Of a DNA stretch of 64,000 nucleotides, positions 55,174 through 64,000 are shown one piece after another. Position numbers and translations under genes: made by a program. Position 1 is the first letter of the stretch, and every line of letters starts with the position of its first letter. This stretch comes from Enterobacter phage CC31, in the sequence record NC_014662.1; one strand, written 5' to 3'. The notes under the pieces are model-generated. The model did not search any database and was not told the origin of the DNA. It was given only the letters and a program-made list of their open reading frames with translations.

Positions 55174-57309
55174 TTAAAGAACGAACTTCTCTGGAGTGTC
55201 TTCAACATCAATCATTGAAGCCAACAGAGCAAGAATCTTGTTGCTTTCTGATGCCTTTGTGGACTTAACAAATCCTTCAAAATCATATGGACTTGGTTCA
55301 GGCTGAGGCTCGTCACTGTATTCTACTACTTCACCGGTTTCCATAAGAACGTCACCATCATAAACAACAGCTTCGTCTAACTGGTCAGCTGTCATTACTT
55401 CGCCTTGGATGAATTTCTGATTGTCATACACTAGACCATCACTATAAGAAGCATCTACAATGCTGTTGACTTTCAGCATAGTACCGCGAGGCAGAATAAC
55501 TTCCATTTCACCAGACATGTTGCTCAGGTCACCAGGATAAACAACGTTAACTTTCTCACCACCAGTAATAGCCCAACCAATCATGACTCTCGTGCTTTCC
55601 GCCTGCTGAACGTCTTTAGCTGCATGAACCTCATCAGTAAGACCTAATTCAGCATAAGTCATAGAAGCTAACTTGACAGTTTCTGCACTGTTATCTGGCT
55701 GATTCAATACTGCACGAGTATTATCAGAAGCCATTGCAACCGCTTGGTTACCTTTCCAACCACCAAAAATAATTGGAGACAGAGAAGTTGAAACATAGTT
55801 TCTGAAATAGAATACTCTGTTCTTAACCATTGCTTCAAAAATTGGTTTACGGACTGACTGCGAACGCCATAAGGTAAGTCCTTCTGGAATTCTGTCACCG
55901 CGTTTAAAAGCATCATCCAGATTTTTGATAGCAGTAGTAACTTCTTTATAAGACAGCGTATCGTAATTGTCAGCTCTATAACGGCCTAAAAGCATATTGT
56001 TGATGTCTGAATAGCCGGAACCAACATACTCTTTGATGCCGCGTTTTTCTGCATTTGTATATTGAAGAGGTGTACGAGTACGAGTAATATCTTCGATAGT
56101 AGCAGAAACGTTTTTAGCATAACCTTGAAGAGCAGCTTTAATCATTTTGGTACGTTCAATGTTCCAAAGATTGTTAGCCATTTGCTCTTTATCTTTTGGT
56201 TCAAGGTATTGTGGAACTTTAGTCATGATATGTTCCATTGCTTCATATTTACGCTCTTCTAATGTGTCTAAAAGAGTTTGAGTATATGCTTGCATACTCT
56301 GAACTGAAGTTAATGGAGCATTACCAATTCTTGATTCAAGTTCTTTTACGAATCTCTGCTCAAATTTTTCTGACTGACTTAATTTAATTGTAGTCAGTGA
56401 TTTCAAATGGAATATAGCTCCAGTGGCTGCCAATTGAGCAGAACGAGCTTTAGCCGCTTTAGATTCTACCGCGTCCTTTAACTGCTGAGCTTCCGGAATA
56501 GGATTTGCTGTAGCTGGTTTACTGAATTCAGCAGCAGTGGCTTCATACTTTTCAAATTCTTCCGGGTCATGAATGATATCAGAAGTTAATGATTGACTTG
56601 CCGCAACTTGACGACGAGATACCTTAGCACGAGCAATAACAGATTGGTCAGTACGTTTGTCATTCTCTTGAGCAATAGTAGCTGCTAACGCTTCCGATTT
56701 AGAAACTTGCTTACCTGACTTATTGTTGATGTAAACATCACCGACCGCAGTGTCAACCTTAGTGAACTCTTCTGTTGATATCTCTGGGATGCCAGGGATG
56801 GTCGAGAGGTCAACATTCTTACGATGAATAAGAACATATACGTACTTCTTATCGTAATCATAGAGTTCTTTCAGGATAACAAAACGACCACCCAGACGAC
56901 TCATCACCAAACGGTTGATAATCATCTGCACTGCTCGAGCTTGTCCACCCATCTTAGACTTATTGATGCGGAACATTACAGCATCCATTTTGTATTTCTT
57001 CACAGTTTGAGATACTAAGTCAAACATGGTAGAAATAACACCCAATGGATTGCCACCAAGATTTTTCAGCTTAACCAAAGTACCTTTTTCAGATACACCG
57101 AGCACAATAGCATGCATCATTTTATCACCAGGCTTAACGTTCTTGTTAACGTCTCCGCCGCCAGTGTAAGAACACATACGAAGAGCTACTGAACCTTCTG
57201 GAGCAGCAATAGCAAAAATCTGTGGAATTTTAGTTTTCGGATAAAGATTAGTGACCGGAAGCATTTCTGAATCCGCGTCAAAAATCTCATTTAATTGAAA
57301 TTCGGTCAT
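55174..57309 (-). CDS. alt: Alt ADP-ribosyltransferase
   Basis: Start at MTEFQLNEIF; LPVTNLYPKTKIPQIF, RIPEGLTLWRSQSVRKPI, EVILPRGT.LKVN match T4 Alt. Confidence 0.9.
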   Translation of the reverse strand: MTEFQLNEIFDADSEMLPVTNLYPKTKIPQIFAIAAPEGSVALRMCSYTGGGDVNKNVKPGDKMMHAIVLGVSEKGTLVKLKNLGGNPLGVISTMFDLVSQTVKKYKMDAVMFRINKSKMGGQARAVQMIINRLVMSRLGGRFVILKELYDYDKKYVYVLIHRKNVDLSTIPGIPEISTEEFTKVDTAVGDVYINNKSGKQVSKSEALAATIAQENDKRTDQSVIARAKVSRRQVAASQSLTSDIIHDPEEFEKYEATAAEFSKPATANPIPEAQQLKDAVESKAAKARSAQLAATGAIFHLKSLTTIKLSQSEKFEQRFVKELESRIGNAPLTSVQSMQAYTQTLLDTLEERKYEAMEHIMTKVPQYLEPKDKEQMANNLWNIERTKMIKAALQGYAKNVSATIEDITRTRTPLQYTNAEKRGIKEYVGSGYSDINNMLLGRYRADNYDTLSYKEVTTAIKNLDDAFKRGDRIPEGLTLWRSQSVRKPIFEAMVKNRVFYFRNYVSTSLSPIIFGGWKGNQAVAMASDNTRAVLNQPDNSAETVKLASMTYAELGLTDEVHAAKDVQQAESTRVMIGWAITGGEKVNVVYPGDLSNMSGEMEVILPRGTMLKVNSIVDASYSDGLVYDNQKFIQGEVMTADQLDEAVVYDGDVLMETGEVVEYSDEPQPEPSPYDFEGFVKSTKASESNKILALLASMIDVEDTPEKFVL

Positions 57310-57332
57310 GACAAGTCCTCTATTGTTTCTTA

Positions 57333-57340
57333 TATTTATA
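57333..57340 (-). promoter_or_regulatory. Late promoter box TATAAATA for alt
   Basis: Exact TATAAATA on minus about 24 nt upstream of alt ATG. Confidence 0.6.
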
Positions 57341-57363
57341 GACAACAAAAGCCCCGAAGGGCT

Positions 57364-57582
57364 TTAGACTGCAATAATATTCCTGAAGATTTCAACCTTT
57401 CCACCGCCACGGGTAGCAATGACCTCATGCTTGTTAATTCCGGAAACTCGACCATCTGTAAATGATTCCACTTCACCCTGTGGACGGAATGGTAATTCGA
57501 CCAAACTCTGTGTTACATTAGCGGCTCGTCCTGAGCCTTCACCTGGATGAGCAATTGTGATAATTTCTAAATAGAATTTCAT
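57364..57582 (-). CDS. Hypothetical protein
   Basis: 72 aa ORF overlapping stop of ligase gene. Confidence 0.45.
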   Translation of the reverse strand: MKFYLEIITIAHPGEGSGRAANVTQSLVELPFRPQGEVESFTDGRVSGINKHEVIATRGGGKVEIFRNIIAV

Positions 57583-59063
57583 AGACCAGTTACCTCATGG
57601 AAATCACCCCAGATATCAGCAAACGTATTTGCTACATCTTTATCACGACGCATTTTAATCGCAATAGGCAAGAACAGCTTGACATAATCAGTTCGCCCTT
57701 CAGCAGCTAACCAACCATTACATTCGGATTCAAGAACACCACCGATGTAGTCATTCTTGTTTTCCCAAATTCGAGTTCGGTCTAACTCATGAGCATCTTT
57801 ACCTGGTTTGTCTTTAAGACCTGAACCAGCTTTAACTTTAATCAGACCACATTCGGATTCAAGATAAAAACCACCGGCTTTACCTGGCTGCTTGCTATGC
57901 TCATAGATATCAACAATACGAAGGTCAATCGTAATAACTTCTTTGAACTTATAAAGGTTTTTAGAACGGGTGTTTTCCCAGAAAGCCCCAATGTTCTTCA
58001 GGATAATACCTTCAAGACCTTCATCAACGTATTTGCGATAAATGACCTTAGCTTCATCAAGATTATGAACGATGTGGTTCTCAATCAGAATCATCTGAGA
58101 GTAACCTTGAACCATCAGTTCTAATGCACGGAAGCGAACATCATAAGCAAATCCAGATTGCTTACCTTCGGAATAAACAACATCCAACGGAACGTAATCC
58201 CATACTTGGAATTTCATACCAGCAGCTTCTTTAGCTGAGATAGTTCCTTTCAGAGATTTGTTAGCCAACCCGTTTGACATTGTACGGGATTCTTCTTTGA
58301 ATTCCTTAGCTTTACTCAGCTCGGGTAAATCACCGAAGATATCGTCCAATGGACCAGCTGGGAGAGTGCTTGCATGATAGACGAGTTCACCATCAATCAT
58401 TACACCGCCAGGATGACGTTCACGAGCTTCTTTGGTCATTTCAATGAGTTGTTGTTTTAACAAATCAAGACCAAGATACTCGTTACCCGCTCGGGACAGA
58501 ATTTTTACATCATCTAATTCATCACCACGAACTTCAGCAAATGCTCTGGCACCATCGGCTTTAAGCTGTGCAAATGCAGGGAACTTGATGTTCTTTTCAA
58601 TACCTTTTTCATCATAAGATGAAGCAAGCATCTGTGGCTGTTCGGGAATTAGATTTTTCCATACTTTATTCGCAATACTACGGGATGCGCCACAGCGCAA
58701 ATCACGAAGCAGAACTTTCTTAACAACTTCTGCATCTGCATCAGATGTTTGAGATAAAGCAATTTCAAGTTTTTCCTTTGCGGCATTACCGGTCACAACT
58801 CGCTTAGCTAATTTTTCTTCTAACAAATAAAGCATGTCTTCAAGAGTAAGATGAATATCACCTTTAGGTCTCGTATCCCACTTCTTGATGTAATACTGGA
58901 GCTTGCCATCATAAGTCATTCTGAATACTCGCTTCAGAAGCTCATTATCTTTATGACGACGGATGATAGCTTCTTTTTCTTTGGTAGAGCCAATTGAAGC
59001 AATTTCATTGATAATATCTAAAATCATATTCACCTCGTTTATTGTCCCGAGCGGGTATGACAA
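57579..59063 (-). CDS. 30: ATP-dependent DNA ligase gp30
   Basis: 494 aa (T4 487); adenylylation motif LKADGAR. Confidence 0.95.
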   Translation of the reverse strand: MSYPLGTINEVNMILDIINEIASIGSTKEKEAIIRRHKDNELLKRVFRMTYDGKLQYYIKKWDTRPKGDIHLTLEDMLYLLEEKLAKRVVTGNAAKEKLEIALSQTSDADAEVVKKVLLRDLRCGASRSIANKVWKNLIPEQPQMLASSYDEKGIEKNIKFPAFAQLKADGARAFAEVRGDELDDVKILSRAGNEYLGLDLLKQQLIEMTKEARERHPGGVMIDGELVYHASTLPAGPLDDIFGDLPELSKAKEFKEESRTMSNGLANKSLKGTISAKEAAGMKFQVWDYVPLDVVYSEGKQSGFAYDVRFRALELMVQGYSQMILIENHIVHNLDEAKVIYRKYVDEGLEGIILKNIGAFWENTRSKNLYKFKEVITIDLRIVDIYEHSKQPGKAGGFYLESECGLIKVKAGSGLKDKPGKDAHELDRTRIWENKNDYIGGVLESECNGWLAAEGRTDYVKLFLPIAIKMRRDKDVANTFADIWGDFHEVTGL

Positions 59064-59085
59064 TTATATCATACCCTTTATAAAG

Positions 59086-59316
59086 CTATTGCCCGCGATA
59101 CTCACGAATGAGTTCAGCCAGAGTTCGGTGGTAAAGTACTCCACCATTTTTACGAGTAATGTAGATTGCGCCATTGAACATCGCATCAATCATTTCACGT
59201 TGTTTTTGATTATCAGCATGAATGTTACGCGCCTTGAAGAACTCTTCTTTGTTTGCGAAACTTTCTAAACGCTTAGTTTTGTCAGTTTGCGGGAACCATT
59301 CAATTACGTTAATCAT
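59086..59316 (-). CDS. Hypothetical protein (30.1 position)
   Basis: 76 aa ORF. Confidence 0.5.
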   Translation of the reverse strand: MINVIEWFPQTDKTKRLESFANKEEFFKARNIHADNQKQREMIDAMFNGAIYITRKNGGVLYHRTLAELIREYRGQ

Positions 59317-60182
59317 GCTTTACCTATAGTAGTTTTAGCTGTAGGCTGACGATTCAGATATTCGATACCTGTCCCAATTCCGTATCCTACACCTGGATTG
59401 TAAACAGGAAGATTACCTGGATGCTCATACCACGGCTTATAATCAGAAGGACCTGGATTTACCCATTTCTTTGGAAATTCTGGAAACTTATCAAATGGCC
59501 AATTCGGAGTAGTCTTTTCAACCTTTTTGAATAAGTCGCTCAGCTTATCACCGAGGCTTTCCTGGAATTCGCGCTGATTCATCAGACGCTGAACATGTTC
59601 CCAGTTATGCACCTTTTCTCCATATTTAGAGGAGGTGTCTCGCTGACCACGAGGCATAAACATGCAATTGACTTCACCGCCAAAGACTTCATAAGCTGAA
59701 TCTACATGATGAGGAAGGTCATCAATATAAGCAACAACTCTGTCGCCATATTTTTCTTTGATTTTCTCAAAGAGTTTAGTCTTTGGCTCAGCATGGTCAC
59801 AGATGAAAGTTTCAAGGAAAGCACCTGGGAACAAAGCATTCAAGTTGAATTGACGATTCAGTTTAGCATCTACAGAAGTACCAAGTGCCGTTACTGCAAC
59901 GAAGTCATACTTATCTTTCAGAGCATTGACAACCTTCAAAGCATCGTCATACGCAGCCAGATAGCGAATGAAATCTGAGCAATTATATTTGACCATCAGT
60001 TGTTGAGCAAATTCTTCGTCTACACCAAACAAATCTTTTGGAGCAACGAATTGGTCGTCAATAATCATTTCAAGAATGTGATGAACAGGCAGATTGTACT
60101 TCTGAGCGAAGTAAGGCAAGCCTGATTGCCACTTTACTAATACACCGTCTACATCAGTAGAGATAATTGGTTTATTTGACAT
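59313..60182 (-). CDS. HAD-superfamily hydrolase-like protein (30.2 position)
   Basis: 289 aa; N-terminal DVDGVL resembles HAD motif I. Confidence 0.55.
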   Translation of the reverse strand: MSNKPIISTDVDGVLVKWQSGLPYFAQKYNLPVHHILEMIIDDQFVAPKDLFGVDEEFAQQLMVKYNCSDFIRYLAAYDDALKVVNALKDKYDFVAVTALGTSVDAKLNRQFNLNALFPGAFLETFICDHAEPKTKLFEKIKEKYGDRVVAYIDDLPHHVDSAYEVFGGEVNCMFMPRGQRDTSSKYGEKVHNWEHVQRLMNQREFQESLGDKLSDLFKKVEKTTPNWPFDKFPEFPKKWVNPGPSDYKPWYEHPGNLPVYNPGVGYGIGTGIEYLNRQPTAKTTIGKA

Positions 60183-60326
60183 TTTTAGCCTTCATTTTAG
60201 CAATCATGTAAGCCGCGATACAAGATTTACCCGGCAGCGATGGTTGTCCAACTCCACTTAATAGAGTAGTTAACTCTCCTACTTTAATACCGCCTTGATT
60301 TAAGCGTTTTAAAACATCAAGACCTT

Positions 60327-60509
60327 TCATATCATATTTGACTTGCATAACATTTTCTCAAAGGTTGCGATACTGTTAGCTGGGCCACTTAGAGTTATCT
60401 CTATGAACCCAGGCTGACTTGAAGGACCAATTCTGTATATACATATGGCTAATGTTCTTGCGTATTCCAGAAGGTCCTTCGTTAACCCTCTTACATTAAA
60501 CTGTTTCAT
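60327..60509 (-). CDS. Hypothetical small protein
   Basis: Start chosen at in-frame ATG 60509. Confidence 0.35.
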   Translation of the reverse strand: MKQFNVRGLTKDLLEYARTLAICIYRIGPSSQPGFIEITLSGPANSIATFEKMLCKSNMI

Positions 60510-60699
60510 AAATTTCGTCATTAGCAGCTTTAAGAGGTTCGATTTCACATTCTAAACGAATATCAGTATTCCCATCAACCCATTGTACTTCATAAGCAGG
60601 TTGAACACCATATTCTGGGATTGCTTCAGCAGTATCACAGATGACTCCCGGAATACCGCCTTTTCGCAGCTGTACGGCTTGTAAAATGTGGTATTTCAT
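60496..60699 (-). CDS. Hypothetical small protein
   Basis: 67 aa ORF. Confidence 0.45.
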   Translation of the reverse strand: MKYHILQAVQLRKGGIPGVICDTAEAIPEYGVQPAYEVQWVDGNTDIRLECEIEPLKAANDEIYETV

Positions 60700-60862
60700 T
60701 CTGCCACCGCATAAGTTGGAATTTGACGAAAGAAATCAGGGCATTCAAGCTGATACTTAACTTCTGTATCAGAGACAGTTACACCCAGCACTTCAATCAT
60801 TGGATTGCTCAACATGCCGCGTTCAAATTCAGGTGCTTTATTACGAGGAATAGTGATAATCA

Positions 60863-61330
60863 TTACAGAGTCTCCAATACAGTTTTTACTTTAGCTTCAG
60901 CAACTTGTTTAACAATCAGAACACGAACACCTTCAATCGCGTTGCGAATTTGCTTTTGAGCTTTTTCTGTAGCTTCATCTTCAGTGTAAGGACCAACACA
61001 GAAGGGCGATTGAGAACGACTGGCCGGGATGGTCATCATCCAGAAATCTTTATCTACAGAAGCTTGCTTAACTTCTTCAAGATACTTATGAATATCAGTA
61101 GCCAAGAAGAAGCACCATACTACATTGAATACACCAACATTAGCATGATGAAGTTTACCATCAACATCAATTGCAATAATGTTTCCACCGCCGTCTATCT
61201 TTTTGACTGTAAATGAAGTTAGTCCGTTATTCAACAGCTTAAGAAGTTCATCAGAATAAGAACTTCCACGATTCTTAAGACAAGTAACACCGGATTCAGT
61301 CAGTTTAAACTCTTTATCAATAATGCTCAT
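60863..61330 (-). CDS. Hypothetical protein
   Basis: 155 aa ORF. Confidence 0.5.
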   Translation of the reverse strand: MSIIDKEFKLTESGVTCLKNRGSSYSDELLKLLNNGLTSFTVKKIDGGGNIIAIDVDGKLHHANVGVFNVVWCFFLATDIHKYLEEVKQASVDKDFWMMTIPASRSQSPFCVGPYTEDEATEKAQKQIRNAIEGVRVLIVKQVAEAKVKTVLETL

Positions 61331-61369
61331 AACTATTTCCTCAAGTAGAGGGGCCGAAGCCCCTAATTT

Positions 61370-61732
61370 TTAGATTACGAATTCGTTTGAAACGATATCC
61401 CAAATTGCTTCACGTTGTTCTTCAGTAGTTTTGAGGCTGAGAACATGACGCAGATAAAGTTTAACCAGAATTTTACGATTATCACCGTTCCAAGAAGGAT
61501 GAGTTCCTAAATCGCGAGTACGATGATCATCGTGGAAACCAATTGAAATGACTGAACCTTTGAGTTTGACGTCTAAGGTTGGGCCATTTTCAAAACTGAT
61601 GAAGACGTAGTTATCTTCCCAGTACATATCGATTTGAGCAACTGTGCCATTTTTATGTTCCCAGAGTAAAGTTGTTGAAACGTCCCATGCATTATCTTGA
61701 ACGTATTTTCTGTTAAAGTTTGTGAAGTTCAT
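61370..61732 (-). CDS. Hypothetical protein
   Basis: 120 aa ORF. Confidence 0.5.
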   Translation of the reverse strand: MNFTNFNRKYVQDNAWDVSTTLLWEHKNGTVAQIDMYWEDNYVFISFENGPTLDVKLKGSVISIGFHDDHRTRDLGTHPSWNGDNRKILVKLYLRHVLSLKTTEEQREAIWDIVSNEFVI

Positions 61733-61802
61733 TTTGTTCTCCGTTGTATCTGTTTGTTTTTGAGTTTATATACTAACACATACAACGGAGGATGTAAACG
61801 GT

Positions 61803-62324
61803 TTAGTTCACTTCTGTGAAAATTGTTTGAGGAACTTGCTCGGTTTTGGCAGTTGCAATCATCTTCATAATGGCAGCTTTTCCTTCAATGTTTTTACGCA
61901 AGAACGACTTGCATGCATCATGAGCTTCTTCGGACGTCATAAGCGTAGCTATTGAACGCGCTTCCCCTACTTGGTCCAGATTCAACCAAACGTTTTCTTT
62001 CTTAGTCTGGCCAAAAGCCGCATACATCACTTCAACGGTCTTTTCTTCAGTTTCAATCAGAAAATTTTTAATTTCATTTGAAGTAAACCAAGGACACGAA
62101 TCGCCATTCATACCATCAATATCAGCACCCTTTGGACTTATCCAGCCTTCATTTTCAAATCGGATAAGACCAATAGAACCTGAAGCAATTGCTTCACCCT
62201 TTGCAATGTAAAAAGGTCTGTCACCGATATAATCGGCAATCAATTGATTTACTCGCTGATTGCATCCTTCAGCGAACTTTAAAAAACCTTCTTTGTCTAA
62301 GCGGTACAGAACATCACTTTTCAT
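61803..62324 (-). CDS. Hypothetical protein
   Basis: 173 aa ORF. Confidence 0.5.
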   Translation of the reverse strand: MKSDVLYRLDKEGFLKFAEGCNQRVNQLIADYIGDRPFYIAKGEAIASGSIGLIRFENEGWISPKGADIDGMNGDSCPWFTSNEIKNFLIETEEKTVEVMYAAFGQTKKENVWLNLDQVGEARSIATLMTSEEAHDACKSFLRKNIEGKAAIMKMIATAKTEQVPQTIFTEVN

Positions 62325-62348
62325 AGTTTCCTCATAAGGCCCGAAGGC

Positions 62349-62771
62349 CTAGAACATTTTACGTTCGGTCCAGTTATCAAGATTAACTGTGCCAGTTTTC
62401 TTCATTTTCTCAATCAAGTTATCTGCGCGAGTGCGTCCATTTTCATACCACACTACATCTTCAGAATAACCATCTTCGTCTTCATAAGTTTCTGAACGAA
62501 TGTGACCGTGAATGCTTGTTTTCAAAACGTATTCAGAGCCAGTGAACCAGTTAGTCAAAACGATGTACCAGCAGAAATCAGTAGATGGACCATCAGGAGT
62601 CATACAGTGAACTACATCTCCTTGCCATGAAGACAGATGCCACATTGGCTCTTCTACTTCAATTGCTTTATATCCGTCATGGTCTTTCGTTTTGATTTTA
62701 GCGTTCAGATTAATTGTGTTCATTTTATTCTCCGTTACCATATTGGTTATTGAGATTCTATCATAACACAA
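62349..62771 (-). CDS. Hypothetical protein
   Basis: 140 aa ORF. Confidence 0.5.
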   Translation of the reverse strand: MCYDRISITNMVTENKMNTINLNAKIKTKDHDGYKAIEVEEPMWHLSSWQGDVVHCMTPDGPSTDFCWYIVLTNWFTGSEYVLKTSIHGHIRSETYEDEDGYSEDVVWYENGRTRADNLIEKMKKTGTVNLDNWTERKMF

Positions 62772-62791
62772 CTTTCAACAGATGTAAACGG

Positions 62792-62995
62792 TTAGAGTTT
62801 TTCGCAACTATGATATTCAGTATCTGTCCAAATACCAAATGACGGCAATGATTCTAGCATTGAGTTTCCGACTTTAACTGCGTCTTCCCATGGCCAAAGC
62901 GTAGCAACCTTTTCATAGAAAAAGATTGAATCCATGTGTGAATATTCTGCTGGGTATTCTGATGTAACTTTGAAAATAAATTTACGCTTAAACAT
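62792..62995 (-). CDS. Hypothetical small protein
   Basis: 67 aa ORF. Confidence 0.4.
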   Translation of the reverse strand: MFKRKFIFKVTSEYPAEYSHMDSIFFYEKVATLWPWEDAVKVGNSMLESLPSFGIWTDTEYHSCEKL

Positions 62996-63050
62996 ATGAA
63001 CCTCTTAAACAAAAAAGGGACTCCCGAAGGAGTCCCGAACTTATGCTTTA

Positions 63051-63230
63051 TGCTTTCTTACGTGGATTACCAAAAGCCGTGTCGTGAGCAATAACTTTAC
63101 GAGCACGAGATGCTAACTTATCTGTTAGCTGATTGATACGCTTGTTCGAACCACGCTTGTAGCCAGCGCGTTTAGAGGTACCAACAACTTCTTTTACTGC
63201 AGTTTTTGCTTTAGCTTGTTTAGCCATTTT
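63051..63230 (-). CDS. Hypothetical small basic protein (not in ORF track)
   Basis: Manual translation MAKQAKAKTAVKEVVGTSKRAGYKRGSNKRINQLTDKLASRARKVIAHDTAFGNPRKKA, 59 aa. Confidence 0.4.
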
Positions 63231-63375
63231 TAGTCTTCCATATAAGGAGGTAATAAAAGAGCTCTAAGTCTTAGACAGCTAACCTTTTGCTGACGCATAG
63301 AGCCGTTGTTAATGGAAGTTTTGGATATTTAACGTCTGGATAACTACCAACCACGACCAAGTCCTCGAAGGGTAC

Positions 63376-63624
63376 TTATTTCAAAGTCACTACGAAGTGA
63401 CGAACCGCTTTACGAGCTGCTGAACACAGAGGTTTAGCAAACTTCAACTCATCTTTCAGAGCAAGTGCATCGCGGAGGTCTGCCTGAACAGGATTCAGAT
63501 GTTTGAAACCTTTCAGAACTTCCAGTGCTTCGGCGTAAACGTCGATAGATGCACCGTAGTTTTCGTGACCTGCGTTCCAGGAGTTGCGCTGCAGATGCAG
63601 AGCGTGTTCAAGTTGTTTGTTCAT
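63376..63624 (-). CDS. rIII: rIII-like lysis-inhibition accessory protein
   Basis: About 82 aa from MNKQLEHALHL; sits just before gene 31 as T4 rIII; recalled from memory. Confidence 0.55.
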   Translation of the reverse strand: MNKQLEHALHLQRNSWNAGHENYGASIDVYAEALEVLKGFKHLNPVQADLRDALALKDELKFAKPLCSAARKAVRHFVVTLK

Positions 63625-63755
63625 TGACATTATGTCATTCCTCAATACGAGGTTAATAAAAGGTAGACGGTATCAGAGTTTAATCTATGCGTCTACCACC
63701 TTGTAATTTCTCCGGGTAACTTTTGTCCGGCAGCCAAATTACAATAATATTTATA

Positions 63756-64000
63756 TCACCCGTAGATACACGGAATTGATTTCCAATGACAAGTCACAAA
63801 TTTTTGTGCAATTTCTTTTGGTTTTTTCATACCAGCAGCGACAAGCGGATGAGGTACATTACGAATCTGACCAGTTGGCAGCGGCACTAACATACCGACT
63901 TCGAAAATACCTTCAGGAACATCCGCGCCGATTGAATATATTTCACACATATCGGGGATTTGTCCGGTTTCTTGTTTGCCGATAACAATACCGCCAGAAG
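63756..64000 (-). CDS. 31: gp31 co-chaperonin (GroES-like), N-terminus off-window
   Basis: C-terminus [33 protein letters not shown] matches T4 gp31; frame stays open to window edge. Confidence 0.85.
   Translation of the reverse strand, partial: SGGIVIGKQETGQIPDMCEIYSIGADVPEGIFEVGMLVPLPTGQIRNVPHPLVAAGMKKPKEIAQKFVTCHWKSIPCIYG

Noticed and set aside
55174-57348. Track start of alt at 57348
   Set aside because: The first in-frame ATG is at 57309 (MTEFQLNEIF), which matches the T4 Alt N-terminus and sits downstream of the late promoter box

Overview
The window is a contiguous block of a T4-like (Tevenvirinae) myovirus genome, syntenic with phage T4 from denV to the start of gene 31. All protein calls rest on reading the supplied translations against remembered T4 sequences and motifs; no database search was run. 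Content in order: denV (partial), an internal protein, lysozyme e, nudE, a run of small accessory genes, an eight-gene tRNA island on the minus strand (5065..6110), a second internal protein, 57B (Acb1-like), 57A, genes 1/3/2/4, then the plus-strand baseplate-tail-head module (53, 5, 5.4, 6-12, wac, 13-24), then rnlB, hoc, inh, uvsW, uvsY, 25/26/51/27/28/29/48/54, alt, DNA ligase 30, small 30.x ORFs, rIII and gene 31 (partial). Several TATAAATA late-promoter boxes and UUCG/GCAA-tetraloop hairpins sit in intergenic regions. The most unusual items are: a type-II tRNA carrying an Asn (GUU) anticodon arm; six consecutive accessory genes sharing a C-terminal N-F-I-x-x-C-R tail, four of them tandem two-helix membrane proteins; a DprA/Smf-like protein inserted beside RNA ligase 2; a hoc gene split by a frameshift; and a structured non-tRNA element inside the tRNA island. 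No CRISPR array, transposon or homing endonuclease was recognised.
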